Source of the DNA: Balanoglossus misakiensis
Taxonomy: Eukaryota; Animalia; Hemichordata
Assembly (NCBI GenBank): GCA_040954595.2
Contig: CM082595.2
Coordinates: 3,085,943 to 3,149,942, forward strand
Direction: 5' to 3'
Length of the DNA: 64,000 bases
Shown: positions 1 through 14,860 of the stretch, piece by piece
Layout: every line of letters begins with the position of its first letter
Numbering within the stretch: the stretch's first letter is position 1
Notes under the pieces: generated by a model
Told to the model about the DNA's origin: nothing
The model's input: the letters and a program-made list of their open reading frames with translations, nothing else
Database searches by the model: none
Made by a program: the position numbers and the translations under genes

Positions 1-492
1 CGCGAAAATAACAGACAATTTCCCCCGCCAATGTGTTCTACCTGCCCTTTGTCGCGGCAAACCTTGTATCACCCGATCTAACCTCCCACACCGCTGGGAA
101 AAATAATTTAATTGTTAACGGGGCATATGACCACGTTTTCCATCGTTGTCACTTATTATTTCGTCCTCTGTGGCGATAATCAAATTTCAGCTTAAACCTA
201 AGATTAATTCTTTCGATAAATTGTCATTTGCCGGATATGCTTGTGCGAGCGAAGCACCCAAAGAGGCAAATTTATAACCATGGTCTGTGCGGTTCACACA
301 TCCATCATTTAAAAAAGTCTGTTTAATGTCCCATGACACGCTGTCGACGGGCATGTAATAGAATACAGCGCATAAATACTGAGGCTGGCGAAATCACAAC
401 GTCATAATACGTACAGGTGATTTATGACAAAGCCAATCTCTCCCCACTTGCGCGAATTGAACTGAAAAATAGATGATTCACTTTTCCCTCAC

Positions 493-591
493 CTCTCTTG
501 TATAAATCCAGTGAAACCCTGTTCTTGCTGACAGACGTCAGGGTGTTGATTCGGAATTGGACAGTCCTGTCCAGAAGGTCTAACGCTCCAT
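493..591 (-). other. Candidate internal exon (probably 5' UTR) of a gene continuing off the left edge
   Basis: Minus-strand acceptor ttttgctcag| before 591 and donor GAGAG|GTGAGG after 493; 99 nt; no recognisable protein motif. Confidence 0.35.
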
Positions 592-3500
592 CTGAGCAAA
601 ACACTTGCGGCGTAATTAACTTAGAAAGATAAGGCGCTTGATCATACACGCGATAGTATTAAAACTCTTACAGACTATCAATTATTCACCCATGAATAAG
701 ATTTATCTTGGGAAATGTTGCAGCTAATGGAGCATGGTCGATATCACCTGATATTATTTAGCTTAATGACTCTTTTATATTTGAGGTTGTTTATGCCGTT
801 ATAAACAGATAGACAGTCTGCCCTGTTGCTGTATAGCTGAAGTACACCTTTTGTATTCGGGATGTTGGAAAACGTGCAAACGCTACGGTGACGTGGTAAA
901 GTGCTCTTTTGCGCAGAGAAAGACTGTCACAGAATCATGTGAGTGCATAATGCCCACAGCAAGGGTCGGTTCGCACATCCGATCGACAACCGAGAAACAA
1001 ACCTGTATTAGTCAGGCGGGCAAGATCAGATACTAGCATTACCGTTTCGTCTCCAACTCGACAAACAAGTGCTTGATGCTTTCAGATGACTCGGCTGAGA
1101 TAAATTAAGGAAGTTTTGTTTGAAAACTGCAAGTGTTTCAGTATAGTCATGTAATATTTTAAAGGGGCTTTCAACTCAATGGGCCTTTTCGCTATTTCTG
1201 TTCGACTGTTTGCTTGTAAGTACCAAAGTCGAGTTTAAATTCCACTTATCTTAGTCTAAAATTTGCGAATTCGCCATTCTTGCCGATTTTGCGAACACTA
1301 CACTAAATCTCTCGTGTATCTCATATAGTTTGACAAAGTGCGCGTTGTAGAGCTCGTTCATTTCGATGAAAAATCTCCCCTGTAAGTGCTTTAATAGTTA
1401 ATCCGTACGGGAGCTTTCCTTATGCGATTAATAACGGGATTTGTAACAGCTGGATGACGTATATCGTCATCTAGTTCTCTTTAGATGTCACGACTGTAAA
1501 TATCGCTGGAGGGTAGAATTACTGGATTCGGCGACATATACAGTACTGGCGATACACTTGCACAGTCATTGAGGACAAGGATCACTAAAACAATGATAGT
1601 ATCGGATTTCCTGTTGTTTTATTTTCAGCAAATGAACAAATTTGTCGATGAATTCTGATTTTGAACTCAGCTGTTGTCGTACATGTACCTGTAACCACTT
1701 ATCCTTTTATTTTGCGCGACAACAGTAGTGTGTGTGGGGGGGGGGGGGAGAGGGGGTAACCCAGCCCCACAACAGTCGTCATCAATACGTATTATGGTGT
1801 AATCGCTTGTTTTCATGATATTCCCGCAAGAAAACGTGGGAGAGACTAAAACACACGGGCGTTACCCGTTCCAGCTTGGGAATCAGTTTCTCGTGGAGAA
1901 AGGCGCACTTGGCACCGCACATGCACACACCTGTGATGACATCAGACGCTCAATTCAACTACGTCAGACGCACATCACAGTGTCTGTTTGCCCACTGAAA
2001 GTCGTCGTCCAGGCGACACCGTAATCTCGTGTACCCTTTGCGTAAATGGCAGTCGGTCAAAAGTTGCCCTTCCCCGCAAATCGAGTGTGTAGAATGGAAC
2101 ATCTGTGTGGCTATAAAATTGATGACATGACAATGATGGTTGGATGGACGTCATTCAACCAGTTTATCCGCCTGGATAATATGCTGGATCGGAGTCATTT
2201 CAAAGCGCCGTAATAGCCCCGAGTCATTTCCTCGTAATTCAACACTACAGCAAACATCAGCTGGCAAAATTTCTCGTCAAGACATACATTTTCGAAAATA
2301 AAAAAAGCATCAAATTATGGGCAATTAGTAAGAAGCCCGCTCTACATGTAAACAATACCTCGGAAAACAAACAACCAATTACAATCATTAATGAAAATCA
2401 TTGTTTGCCTGAATCAAGAAAATCACAATTGGCAATCATTGGCATATTGGTAAAATTGATTATTAAAAATTAATTAAAAGACAATAAAAATAATAGTAAA
2501 TACACTGCTGTTTGCTCTCTTAATAACCGTGTCAATGAACATGTCTAAATAATTATCGTTTAATTATCATTTCGCTTTTGTCCATTGTACCAAATCAAAT
2601 TGAAATAATTGATGTTTTACGATGGTGGGTCACATCATATGGGTGGAAAAAAGAAATCGATGGTAACTGTGCTAGCGCAGTTTCCCATAAACACGGGCAT
2701 CAAATATGCATGACCGAAGACGGCGACTATAACTGTGGATGACGACAGCGCAGGGGTTGGCGATTAGCGTAATATGTGGTCGCCCCGACTGCGTCATGGG
2801 TGGCATTGCAGATTAGTGTATTGCCACCGTGAATATGGCTGATTTTTGTGTGCGGGTTTGTGATTCGCGAGATGTCAAGGCGATGCGTATCCACAGGCTT
2901 TACGCAAAAGAGTTAAATTTAGAAAGAGAAGTGTGTCTTGTTTATAACAGGGAGTGATGATGATGTCTGTTTCGTATGAAACCACAATCTCTGATTGTAC
3001 ATTTTTGCCCACACTTTGCTTATTGCGCACCTGCAGTCGAGCAGAAATTGATGAATTAATTGGCCTTCGCGTGCGCGCGCGGCGACTGTTTGAAATGTGA
3101 CATATGGACGTGCCGTGAAGTTTGACAGTGCGGAGATTAAAATTAAGTCTCTCTCTCTCTCTCTCTGCCTGTCTTTCCCTCTCCCTCCCCCTGTCCCCTC
3201 CCCATTCAACATCAACAGCAAGATTTGATGCCCATATAAAAATCGGCTTGCGAGCATTCTGAGTGTCATTGCAAAACGACTCGGTAAAAAATGAGGGTTG
3301 TGTCAACAAGCGCTATGTTGCCAATGGAGCATTAATCGACGCAATCCGACGCGATATGTGGGCCCTGTGTTTCCGCGTTTGCACTTTCCAAACGTCTTTG
3401 GACGTCGGAACAAACAGCAATTAGGAAGATAAAAGGAGGTTTCTCTTTCGATCCCTTTTAAAGTACTGGCGATGTCATACTTCCATTAGCGGCGCCTATA

Positions 3501-3788
3501 CATATCCCGCGACTGCGACTTTACTGACATCAGGTAAACACATCCTGAATTCTGCATCAGTATCGCGGTATGAAATAAACTTTGAACTGGGAACGTCGCA
3601 TTTATTTTACGAATGAAAAATCGAACAAATGGCTAATTCACCAAGCACGAAATTCTGCCACTCGCTTTCAATTTAAAAAAAAAATGTCGATTCGAAACAT
3701 TTTTTAATCGTGGTGAATCTGAAAAAAACACCAAGATGTATAGACGTGCAGTTACGTTAGATTCGCGCCACGATGGCTGCCCACTTAC

Positions 3789-4145
3789 GGGGCCCTTCAC
3801 AGAGAGAGAGAGAGCGAGAGAGAGAGAGAGCAACCGCCTTCTGAATTTTCTCTACCGCTTCTGAAATTTTTTCACGTCTCTGTTTTCGCGGCTTTTCTCC
3901 GAAACATGATAGTGTACACTCGATATATACATGCAGACGCCGTGTTTCGAGCTTTGCAATTGATGCACTATACAATGAGAAATTGCTGTGTGTACATAGC
4001 ACTTACCTTGTCTATTGTCAGATCAATAGAGGACCAGCGTGTGTGTGTGTTCAGTGTCTGACGTATATTCCTACAGTGTCGACTAACAGAGAATAGCTGT
4101 GCGGTCTGATCTTGAAGGGTATTCTCTCCAATATGCGCATGCGTA
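3789..4145 (-). promoter_or_regulatory. Probable promoter and alternative non-coding first exons of a leftward-transcribed gene
   Basis: Two consensus minus-strand donors, CAAG|GTAAGT (exon end 4007) and CC|GTAAGT (exon end 3789). NRF1-like TGCGCATGCGTA near 4133-4144, (AG)n tract at 3801-3830, locally CpG-rich. Confidence 0.4.
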
Positions 4146-4287
4146 CATTCTCTCAGTGGTGGCGCATAATCACCACTGCGTGATTTCACCAACTCTACCA
4201 GCCAGGTTTCATGCAAATGATATGTTGATATAGTTACAGTTATATAACATCTAACAATAACATACACGTACATTTTACGTACACACA

Positions 4288-4441
4288 TAGATAGATAGAT
4301 AGATACATAGATAGATACATAGATAGATACATGGATAGATACATAGATACATAGATACATACATACATACATACATACATACATACATACATACATACAT
4401 ACATACATACATACATACATACATACATACATACATACATA
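4288..4441. repeat. Compound (GATA)n/(TACA)n microsatellite
   Basis: Directly visible tetranucleotide array; source of the spurious MYVC ORFs. Confidence 0.97.
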
Positions 4442-6952
4442 CTGTACATGTGTAATAATTGGACATTATTAGATATCAAGGTTATAGGATATATTGGTTA
4501 TTTATTGTCGTCTGTCAAATTTAGAATTCTTTAGTCAGGATGTACGGATATTATTTTCGTTTTCTTCATTCAAGTTGACAGCCACGATATACATGTATCA
4601 GGAAACGCTTGTGTTTTGGCCAAAAGGTACTTCCTGTTTTTACCTTATATATTTCTCGGAGGGCTCATAAATTGGAAAATGCCTATCCACTTAATTAACA
4701 CCAGCGCATTTTTACTGTTCCATGGTAATATCTGTACATTTTCAGAACTTGACTTTGCGTCGATCAATTGTGGCGAAATTGTACTTTTTCGTTTTCTGGG
4801 GCTTTGTGGTGGTTTTATTCTGGGCTGTTCTATCTTGTTATTTCTGTGTGATTATTGCAATCACATAAAAAAATTATCCATCAACCTCTCTCACCGTAGT
4901 CTTTTCATATACACAGTAACATATTATTCTATGTAAACAGATCTGTTCTTTCAATTTCCACCTAAGATTTTCTTTTCCAAGCTAGTACATTGCCACAGTA
5001 GACACCTACCGCTGTTTGGTTGCGTGTATGTTTATATTAATAGTAGTTCTCTTATTAAATATACAGGGAAAAGGTCTTTGTCAATTGACTGATTGAATCA
5101 GTGGGGCGTCGAAAATCTTTGCAAATTTGCCTCGCCATCTTTTGTAGTGGTTTGTCAGCTATTCCTTAACCCCGTTTTCGTGATATCGATCACACGGCCA
5201 GTCGATAAAGTCTGTGTCGGCGGTATTTCATTAGACATTCAACGCCAGGAAAAAAGTTAGACAGATGTATGCGAGCTGTTTCAACCATTATGCTGAACTG
5301 AAAAGAAGAAATTTCGAACATAAATGATGCGGTGGATGTTTTCTGTGTTTTCATCTATCCCGTCACAAGCGTACACCAATTGGAGATGTTAGGAACATAA
5401 TTTCATCATTGTGGAGTCATGGTGAATTGTGGTTCTTCAGTAGCTTGCAATTTGAATCATTCGATATCACCTTCAAGTAAAGTTGTTTGCATTCGAACAC
5501 CGGAAGGGCACCGTGACTGATGTGTTTTTGACTCTGACATTGCAAACGTCATCCTGCCCACCCCTTCAAATTAATAAAATGACCCTTGCCCATGAAAAAC
5601 AGTGCAATGAACTGAAATGTTCGTGGAAAAAGATTTACAGTGCTGAGTATTGGCGAATTCATTAAAGTGTTCATACCTAGTTCGGCAGGAAATATATGTT
5701 AACAATAAACATGATCAGTAAATTCATGCATTAGGCAAATTGTTTTGAATCCTATAAAATCACATAAATGTTATGATAGGCACATCTCTGACTGTGTAGT
5801 TTAATTTATACAAGTGGATTTATAAGAAAAACATTCACGAATATGTGATACACTTTATACAGACGAAGGTGAAATGCTTGATAATTTTTTTATCGTACTG
5901 AGTCACACTGCTGTATAATGAAATCATCAGATTAAGTAGCTCGGTATTAACCGGACCAGCCTTGATAATTCATTACAGTTCTCTGCTATCTGTGCTCTCC
6001 AGGTGATGAATGGCTTTGAAATCGGGTATCGCGCGCGCCCCGGATTCTACAGCGCGTTAATTGATTTCTCGCGCAAGGGAATGGAAAACGATCTCCGGAT
6101 ATCGTTAGCCGTGGTGGCTTTCATTAACTGCTGTCTTGGTCATCTCTGTCTCTGCTCTGCGTGCACCCTGATCATCGAGGTTTTACGACCCGAGTGATTG
6201 CAATCCGAAAATCGGGGTTGCCCTGAGGTGTTTTCATCGATCGGCGTTTGTACAGTAGGTGGAAATTCCACACGCACAAACAATCATGAGAATAAGAACA
6301 TTGTTCATTAATTTTTGCGTTATCCAAATAGGCACACTTAATAAATATTCTGATATCCAACCTTTACACTTGAAGCTGGAGTTTTATATAGTCTTATTCA
6401 CTGAACAAATTAAATAATGGATCATAATATGGATAGTACTTAAGTTTCCTCGGGGTAGTATTAATTAGCATGGGCATGTTTTGCGCAAGCTTTCATGTCT
6501 GTTTCGGCATCAAAGCTTTGCGTATGGATTATGTCATAATTGTGTAATATAATTTATAAATGATGTAGTTACACATTTGCCCGGCGATGGTCTTAATGGA
6601 ATGCAATGTAAGAGAACAGCATTAGAGAAAGGCTACTTTAATATATGGATAAGGTTTCCAGCAATATACTGTTTAATCGGATAACTGGAATGCATTTGAT
6701 CGTGTAATTCTGTGGGATATCGTGATTATATTATGCGGTTACATCTCTTTGCGATGCGTTTCATGCCAAAGGTTATTGGAAAATGAGGTTGTTCGGAGAG
6801 TCTTGTAGGCGAGATTGGGGTCAGGCAACGAATATCTGATTTTGTGTTACATGCAGTCGTAGATTCCTTAGGGATGATGCGAAATAATGCAATTATAGTC
6901 ACGAGGGAACTGGATACTTCATTTAATCTAATCCCCAGATAGTGACATGGGA

Positions 6953-7204
6953 ATAGACCATTTTCTGAACTCCGCGAGATCTCGCGTGGCTAGGCAGTTT
7001 ATATGGGATGACATTCTCAGGAAAACAGGGCAATTAACACATGGCTTATCATGTTTAAGCGTCACAAAAGTTCCAATTTATGTTTACCTCTGCATCTGTT
7101 CTAGTTTCATAGACTTGGCTTGTGCTATTACTTGGCTAGCCACGCGTTGCTACGGTAATTAACCAGGTGTCGCGGGATCTCGCAGTGAGCGGAAAATCAT
7201 CTAA
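6953..7204. mobile_element. Degenerate MITE-like element with imperfect terminal inverted repeats
   Basis: Left end atagaccattttc...cgcgagatctcgcg; right end cgcgggatctcgcag...gaaaatcatctaat. Confidence 0.4.
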
Positions 7205-9854
7205 TCTCGATGTTCTTATTCCGCTGACCCCAGCGCCGACTTCGTGATGCCCCTATACCTTTGAGTGGGCGCTGTGTATTTCGCACCATATAGGGAAAAC
7301 CCCGCGAGCAGGAGATTGTCAGAATTAGAGGATTGTGAAGTAATGGAGAAGTCCTGTGTTCGTAGATCTGCACAGATCTGTGTGTAAAATTAATCAGTGC
7401 GTGGCACAAATACTAATACCCGGCCCTTAAATAACATATAGTCATGCGGCAGTCATTTTTTGACATTTTACGTAATTCACTACTAACTTCAATTTGTTTG
7501 AAACCATTGCCCCGAAATGCTATTCCCCCGGTTGGACAGTATTAAAGCCCCAACAGCTGCAACTTGCGGCATATTTTAATTGACAAAAAAGGCAGTACCC
7601 ACTCATAAACCTGTGACATTTTCAACTTCAGTTGGGAAACGTTTCCTGTGTCTAAGACTTGTCCATGCTTTTTACAAATGTATAAAAACGACGAAGAAAA
7701 TTATGTAATGGAATCCACTTAACAGTTTGTATGATCGTAAGATTAGACCCCGCGCAATAAATTGTGATATCAATATTTTTCAATTGATTTGCCTGTCTTG
7801 TGACAGCTTGTGGATTGCCAAACAAGTGATGAGAACCACAACGCCAATTAAAAGAGCCCGCTGTATATGATTAAATGGTAAAACATAGTCACGACTCGAG
7901 TGTGCCTGTGATCTCTGTCTCAACCTCATTTGCAGGGAATCGATTTTGTATTTCTCCAAATCAGAATAAATGATAGGCAGTATTCATTGCTGTTGTTGTG
8001 AAGCGAGTTCAGCAGCAAGGGTGATCAACATTGTGTTCAGGAAATTGGACAATTTAGATATTTTGCCGTACACACAGTTTGGCGGCCATTTTTAATCTCA
8101 AATATTTATATCGTATTGGTGAATAGCTATTAATTATCAATATTTTAGCATAATTCGAGGAAAGTGCATGGCGACACTGTTTTTTTTTTTTGCTGATAAA
8201 TGTGAAAATAATTTAAAGTAGTTGGGCAAACGTATTCAACCTGTATTCATGTAACACTGTAATTGGGAACCCCTTCTTTCACCCCCCCCCCCTCTTTGTC
8301 CTTTATACTAGGCGTAAATGGATAATTGGATAATCACACACAAACAGTGTTTCTTGCCTCACGTGTACTAAGGGGGTCCTTCCCCTAGATAAATCACAGC
8401 CTTGTAATTTGTTTGATCGGTTTCGCGTCAGTAAATCAACATTAAACGTGACAATCAAGAGAGTAGGGGATCAACCAGATCGCTTCGAGGAGATTGGCCA
8501 AACGACTCGCTGCAGTAATTTACATCAAACAACCCATGCGCATTAAATCGCTAAAAATGATCGTGTTTTGCTCTATAAACGCTTCCGGGCGATTGACAAT
8601 GACTGCAACAACGGAAACATCTCCTTTTAATACAAGTCCTTTGCCATGTTTCGCTCAAACAAGAAACCATTTCCCCATCCGAGTCATTTCCGTAGCACGT
8701 CCTCTCCGACGCGTATCCGAGAAAACACGCTAGTCTCCTGCGCAGCTGAGAGTCCGAATGCAACGATTGATGACATCACCACTGGTGCCAATCGATAACC
8801 ATTACACACACTTTACAAAAGGCAATATCTGCATTCTAAATACTCTATAGTTTCTCATTGTTATGGGTTAGCAAAAATTAACTGTTTTCGATTACATCTG
8901 TACAAATAAACATGTCTTGATTGACATTTTCTCGATTACTTTAGAATAATATGATAATAGATCATAATCAATCGGCGCGGTGAAATACAATTCATTGTTG
9001 GTTATTTTTTTTCGTTTCTGGTGGTGATTAGAACATTATTTTCGAAAGACGAATTCGTATCATTGTAAACAGATTTGACCTATCTGGTTTCGACCAATTT
9101 CACAGACCATCAAATTTAATGGGCGATATTCTTGAAATTGCGACATGTTTTGTCACATCCAAATAAATTGATTGTCTTATACGGGCGTTCCAAACGAGAA
9201 ACACGGCGACGTTTCATCTAATAACCTTTCGGTCTAAATAGTCATGTACGACACAATTCTTGAATTTGTCGATAAAGTTACATTTAGATCATCACCCGGA
9301 AAAACTTGACGCCAGAGAGAAACAATCAGAGGAAGGAACGTTGTAGGTAGTCGATGTTTTATCCCCTGAAGAATTTAAAAATAACAGAAATACCAGCAAG
9401 CTATTGATTTCGTAAGTAATTCGTTATATTATACTATAGTATCCGACTTTGTTAAAAATCTCCATGAGGTTTTGCATCGAACGTGCTTTATTGCGTGGAA
9501 ATTGGCCTTGTTGTCTCTTACGGCAGAGCGCACGGCGGTTGCCAAGGCGACCGGAATCCAGTGCATGAAAAGAAGGTGTTCGATGGTCTTAGGGGAAATT
9601 GATTTCTAATACTTGATGTGAATGTAGAACTCTTAAACACTGGAGTCGTGAATACATGTGGCTCTTGCGTTGCAGTCGAGTATATTTTTGGTGAGTTTTC
9701 TCATCATTTGATTAGTCTATTAGCTGGCAAGTAAGTCTGGTAGACGCCATGAGGACAAAATATTTTCAAACATTGAACACGTACGAAGTTATGTTCATTG
9801 AAAGGCAGACTCTTGGAATGAGAGCAATAGGCAGTAGATATATAGCTGTCTGAG

Positions 9855-10021
9855 TACATACATACATACATACATACATACATACATACATACATACATA
9901 CATACATACATACATACATACATACATACATACATACATACATACATACATACATACATACATACATACATACATACATACATACATACATACATACATA
10001 CATACATACATACATACATAC
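9855..10021. repeat. (TACA)n microsatellite, about 41 units
   Basis: Perfect tetranucleotide array. Confidence 0.98.
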
Positions 10022-12265
10022 TTGAGGGTAAAAGTACGTAAACTTTATAAAGATCATTACAAGATGCTATTATGTGCACTTATACTGTTTCGTAAGGAAG
10101 TCGTTCTCCAGTCATTTTGCATGAACGAACGTGTATTAAGCGAAATATATTGCATACGCATGTCTACAAGTCAGTATACATCTACTTCAAACCGACAGTT
10201 CAGGATTTAACAATGCCTGGCGCAGCTGTGCATCTTGTTTGAGTTAATCTTCTCCTTCGTCTTCGGGCGTCCTCTGGTTGCACTGTACTTTCTATATCAA
10301 AAACAGATGACATACCATCGCCCATGTTTAGCGACTATTACAATTACAGTATGTCCGTGTACCTAAACCGAAATCAGAGATAGATCATATTGCTGTAACT
10401 TTAGCCATTTAATCATCTTGAGTCCTATGGCATGTCGTCTGTACAGGATCTGAGAATATGTTTTACTCCATCTGACATAATTGTAGAAGGCCATTCTCAT
10501 TCTCTGTTACCCGAAACCAAATCGAAGTACATTTCCCTAACAATTGCCGAGAGATAGACATAGTCTTTCAGTGCACCCAACAGCGTAGAACATGAGCTGT
10601 TAAAGTAAGACTGATGTCCTTAGCTGAGACAAAACGACAGATACATTAATCTAGCCATCTTATGGGGTCACTAGAATACTCCTACGGCACATCAAGAATC
10701 AAGATGGCTGATTCTAATTTATGGTAATATCGTGCAAGATACCGTTCTTTCTCACAGCAACCGATAAAACAATGAAATAATAAGAAAATGGTCGAGTTCG
10801 AAAGGTGACTTTATTCAAATTCTAAGTGCAATCGTTGTTGCCGCACTAGATGTTCAAAATTTCATTGTACTTCAAAGCAAATTCTCCTGTAAATATTTAT
10901 TTTGCTGTTTTAAAAATTCATGACTGGCCTTTACTGTCAGTGTCTTGAAACCAGTGAAATCAGAATTGGAATTTCTGTGTGAGATTCAACTCACATGCTC
11001 CAGCACGAGACCTGTGAATTTAGAATTCATAAAGTTCAAAGATGACCAACCATTCCCGCACAAAAAATAGCACAGAGAATGCGTTGCCATGGTGAAGGGA
11101 GCATAACAGGATGGCTATTCAAAACGTGTGGCACAGGGCACCTGGATGACCGCGTCAGCAACAATTGTGCTCGCCAAGAATCAGGAAAATCCCAGGTGTC
11201 GCAGATGAGGTGTGTGTTGGCGACAGAATGATTTTAATTGATTCGCAGAACGGCTTATTGTTCGCGATGAACGTCAGAAACGCGCGTTTTAATGAGGGTT
11301 GACCTTTCAGCGAGGATTTTGACCGGAGAACCGCTGAGGCGCATGTCCGAAATAGAATATATCCCCAGAGTATACGAGGAATTGAACGTGCGAATAAAAA
11401 GATAATTGCCAGATGTTGCAGGCAAGCTACACTGTCATTTTCACAAAATGGTGAATATTCAGATCCGAATATTAGAATTAACAAGCCAGGAATCTCCCTG
11501 CAAACATTGAATAGGAAAACTACCGAAATAAGCCTCGACCATTTTAAATGAACCAAGTAACTTGTGTCGGATACCATCCTGTCCTGACGAATGTACAATA
11601 ACACTAATATGTTCGCATAGATTATTTTGCATATTTTAACTAAAGTATACAAACCTGTGGTATTAACACACTCTCTTCCTGTATTGCAACTTAACACTGC
11701 GTGTTACTAATTAAATTACACAAAAATGTAATGTGAGAACTACGCACACAGACAATTATATAAACTTTTCCATGTACAACGAAGAAGAGTGTCTTGAAAA
11801 GAGTGAGTAGACCATGTCCAGCATGTGACATCCGCTCATAGTTATTCTTACAGCTTTAGGCATATTTGATGTCAGCAGAATCATGATTGCATTTTTTTTG
11901 GAACAGAAATCTTTCCTGGAGATAAACACTTCCAAAGAAAAAGAGAGGTATGGAATCCATATGGTCTAGTGGTTGATGGCCAAGTCAAGGACGGACTCTC
12001 AACTTAAACGCGGGCGATAAACATTTCAATGAATGTACCGAACGTGAAAGTACGTGACCCCTTTTGAAATGTGAATGCTTCGATATCGCATATTACAGGA
12101 TGTAAACAAAAAAACGTGTGACTCAGGTGGCTGCAGAGTCTGTTTACAAGTTCCACGGGTAAACTGTACAGCTACATTCATTTTGAGACTCTGCCTAGCA
12201 ACTGTTGCTCGGCAACCTGTTCTTTGGAGCCCGCGTCAAGCCAAATAATACCATGTTTCCGACCC

Positions 12266-12710
12266 ATTAAAGCCCCAATAGCTGCCATTTTCCCATTATT
12301 TTCATGAGTTTACTTTCAAACTTAGAAGGGTTCATTTAAATGAGCTAACTGATCGGTATACAAAAAACAAGCCTTTTTGAGATATTAAGGTAGAATAAAC
12401 CTCGAAAATCAAAGTCTTTAACTTCCTCATTTTTTGCTCAGGGCAACTTTATTCTCTCTTAAAATTAAGAATCTAATTTGAGTTCACTGCGAAAATAGTT
12501 TCACGACAGCCAAATTATGACAAATTCGAAATTCAAAATGGCTGCCAATCTTTGTGTTTATTTAAAGTAGCGAGCTACATGAGAACAAGATGGAAGACAC
12601 CCGGTTTTCCTCTGTGCTTTCAAGAGACACCACAAGCTAGCTAATAATTGGAAGGTTTGAAGGATTATAATTTTTTTCTGAAAATCTGTCCCCGAGCGAG
12701 TATACTGTAA
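12266..12710. mobile_element. Dispersed non-autonomous DNA transposon fragments with TTAA-type ends
   Basis: TTAAAGCCCCAATAGCTG end also seen at ~7542 and ~23231. The 12266 and 23231 copies share about 100 nt (tttactttcaaa...atttaaatgagct.actgat). A second TTAAGGTAG end lies at ~12385. Confidence 0.55.
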
Positions 12711-13594
12711 GTTCAAGAAAGTGTTCCATGTTTACAGATTACATACTGGGCTTTTAAATGTAACAGGCGGATATATATTTCAGTCACTAAACGGGAAGAG
12801 CAGACCACCCATGGTGAACATTCAAAGGCCTGAATAAAGTGAACCCTGCACCTTGTTTGAACATGCAACGACAAAAGAAGACTTTTGTTGATTTAAGTCT
12901 ATACATTCAAAGGAAATGTTATGCGGATGGTCACACAGAACAGGAAATAACCCGATTGTATAAGAAACCAAAAATATCCAACATGGAAGAAGATAACAAG
13001 AAGGCAGATACAAAACTTGTCTTCATGACAACACACAGTCTGTATATTAAAACAAAAGAAAACAAGAGTAAATTGCTATCTCAGACTGGCTATCTTATAA
13101 ATCAGGGTTTTTGCAGAAGAAGACTTGTTTCCATATTCAAACGCAGATGTTATGAGCTAGTGGATAAGTACATTGTATTTCTCAAGCAATAATCACTGAT
13201 GGTATCAGCGACAGTTGTTTTTATTGTGTGACTGCTTCCTATTTTGACTCTGAGATTGATATATGGTGGGTGCAGCGTGGGGCAGGACATGCTTACTATT
13301 TTCGAAACACCGGACATCCACTTCCTGGTCATTTGGAGGAAGTTCATTATCTTTCTTTCACGAAATGCCATCCACATCACTGAAACTGTTATTATTGTAA
13401 CGTTTCAGGGCTGAAATATCGCTGCTTGACAACCGCACTTCCGGTTTGCCATGAAAGCGGACAACTTCCGCTGTTCACGGTCACCGTGCAGCGACCGTGA
13501 CCTTGGTGCATGAACGAATGTCACCGACCACTGTCAGGCAATCTCTCTTCGCGTACAAGGATTATGCCATTGTGCGCGTGAATTATTAAAGGGA

Positions 13595-13748
13595 CAAAGT
13601 CTCTCTCTAACTGCCCCTTTTCCATCAATTATGTTTGATAGAAGATAGTGAATCAACGTTCGACCACAAACTACTTCCATCCCGTTTATAGGATATGAGA
13701 GTAAAAATCTCACCAAAATGAATAAACAGTAAACACCGATTATTCATG
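13595..13748. repeat. Dispersed repeat; inverted copy at ~15490-15695
   Basis: agtgaatcaacgttcgaccac...gagagtaaaa...ccaaaatgaat...gtaaacaccgattattcat is the reverse complement of sequence at 15500-15600. Confidence 0.8.
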
Positions 13749-14019
13749 TAATTAGTGAACAATAATCGGGAAATCCAGCCGTGTGTGAACTATGGCTTAT
13801 GTTCGAGCACGATGTATAATAGACTTGCCTACTTCAATGAACAGTCCATCACAAGCCTATACGTCCACACGTGACCCAGTGGGAATGACCCCATACCGTG
13901 TATTATGCATGAACAATTCTGTGGGTGGAAAAGTCCCATGGGTCAAATGGTTGATGTGAGAAACACCGGAAGCATGGGGTCACTAGATTATTTGATAACA
14001 CGTGATCTGTAATTCACGT

Positions 14020-14860
14020 GGATCCGCAGAGGGCCTTTCTTCGATCATCTGAAGGTCGATTGATAGATCTGATGATTTGACACTGGGGCATGCATGGACA
14101 GTTGTCAATGGCACTCTTGATGAAGTAGAAAAAAAGCAAACACAGAACCAGGAAATCGAATGATACACGTCATCGGAAGATACATTTCAGTCGAAAAAGT
14201 TTAATTTCCTGGACCTTGATGTATGTCATTCAGAGATGTACATGTATACGCGACATGTAATTGTAAAGTCCCTTTGTAATCGAGCGTCGAACCCGATAAT
14301 ATTCGAGCCTCGGTAGGTGTAAGATGAGTGAGTAATCAACGAAATTGTGTCTGAGAGGAAACTCATCTTGCGACAGATTTCAAAAGCACAACAATCAGCG
14401 AAAAAAGAACCAACTCGAAAATTACTGAGGGGCTTTGACAAGAGGTGTGTCATGATTACAACGGTAACCTGCAGAGCAACAAGCATTGAGCATAAAATCT
14501 TGAGTTTAAAATGAAAGTTATTTCAGTATTGCCCACAGCCGGGGTCGTTTTTCCCGACCCTGCACATACACTCATGTTTGTGTAAATCGTTAAAAGGCAT
14601 ACGGCCAAAGCCAATATCTATAATGGCTTTTAACAAAATTAAAAATGATTAGATATGATGGTAGTAGATTAAAATGTGACATTGGTTATACCTTCATCAG
14701 TAGATTAGAAAACAATATTTTTCAGCAAATAAGTGACAACTTCACCACAATATGCACTGCAAGGACATTCCCAGGTGATATAGCAAACCAAAGGCCATTT
14801 TCATGACCCCCACATAACCTTTACAACCCCTTACTGCTCCTTCACATCGATTAATTTGAA
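14020..14860 (+). mobile_element. Highly decayed hAT-like transposase fossil
   Basis: Broken plus-strand frames give SDDLTLGHAWTVVNGTLDEV (~14067), CTARTF (~14752) and NPLLLLHID (~14825), reminiscent of hAT core and C-terminal dimerisation motifs; many stops and frameshifts. Confidence 0.3.

Noticed and set aside
3968-4479. MYVC-repeat ORFs (also 9704-10079)
   Set aside because: Translation of (TACA)n microsatellites in all frames.
11155-11697. 180-aa minus-strand ORF
   Set aside because: Non-ATG start, no recognisable motif and no convincing flanking splice sites; likely chance or TE-derived.
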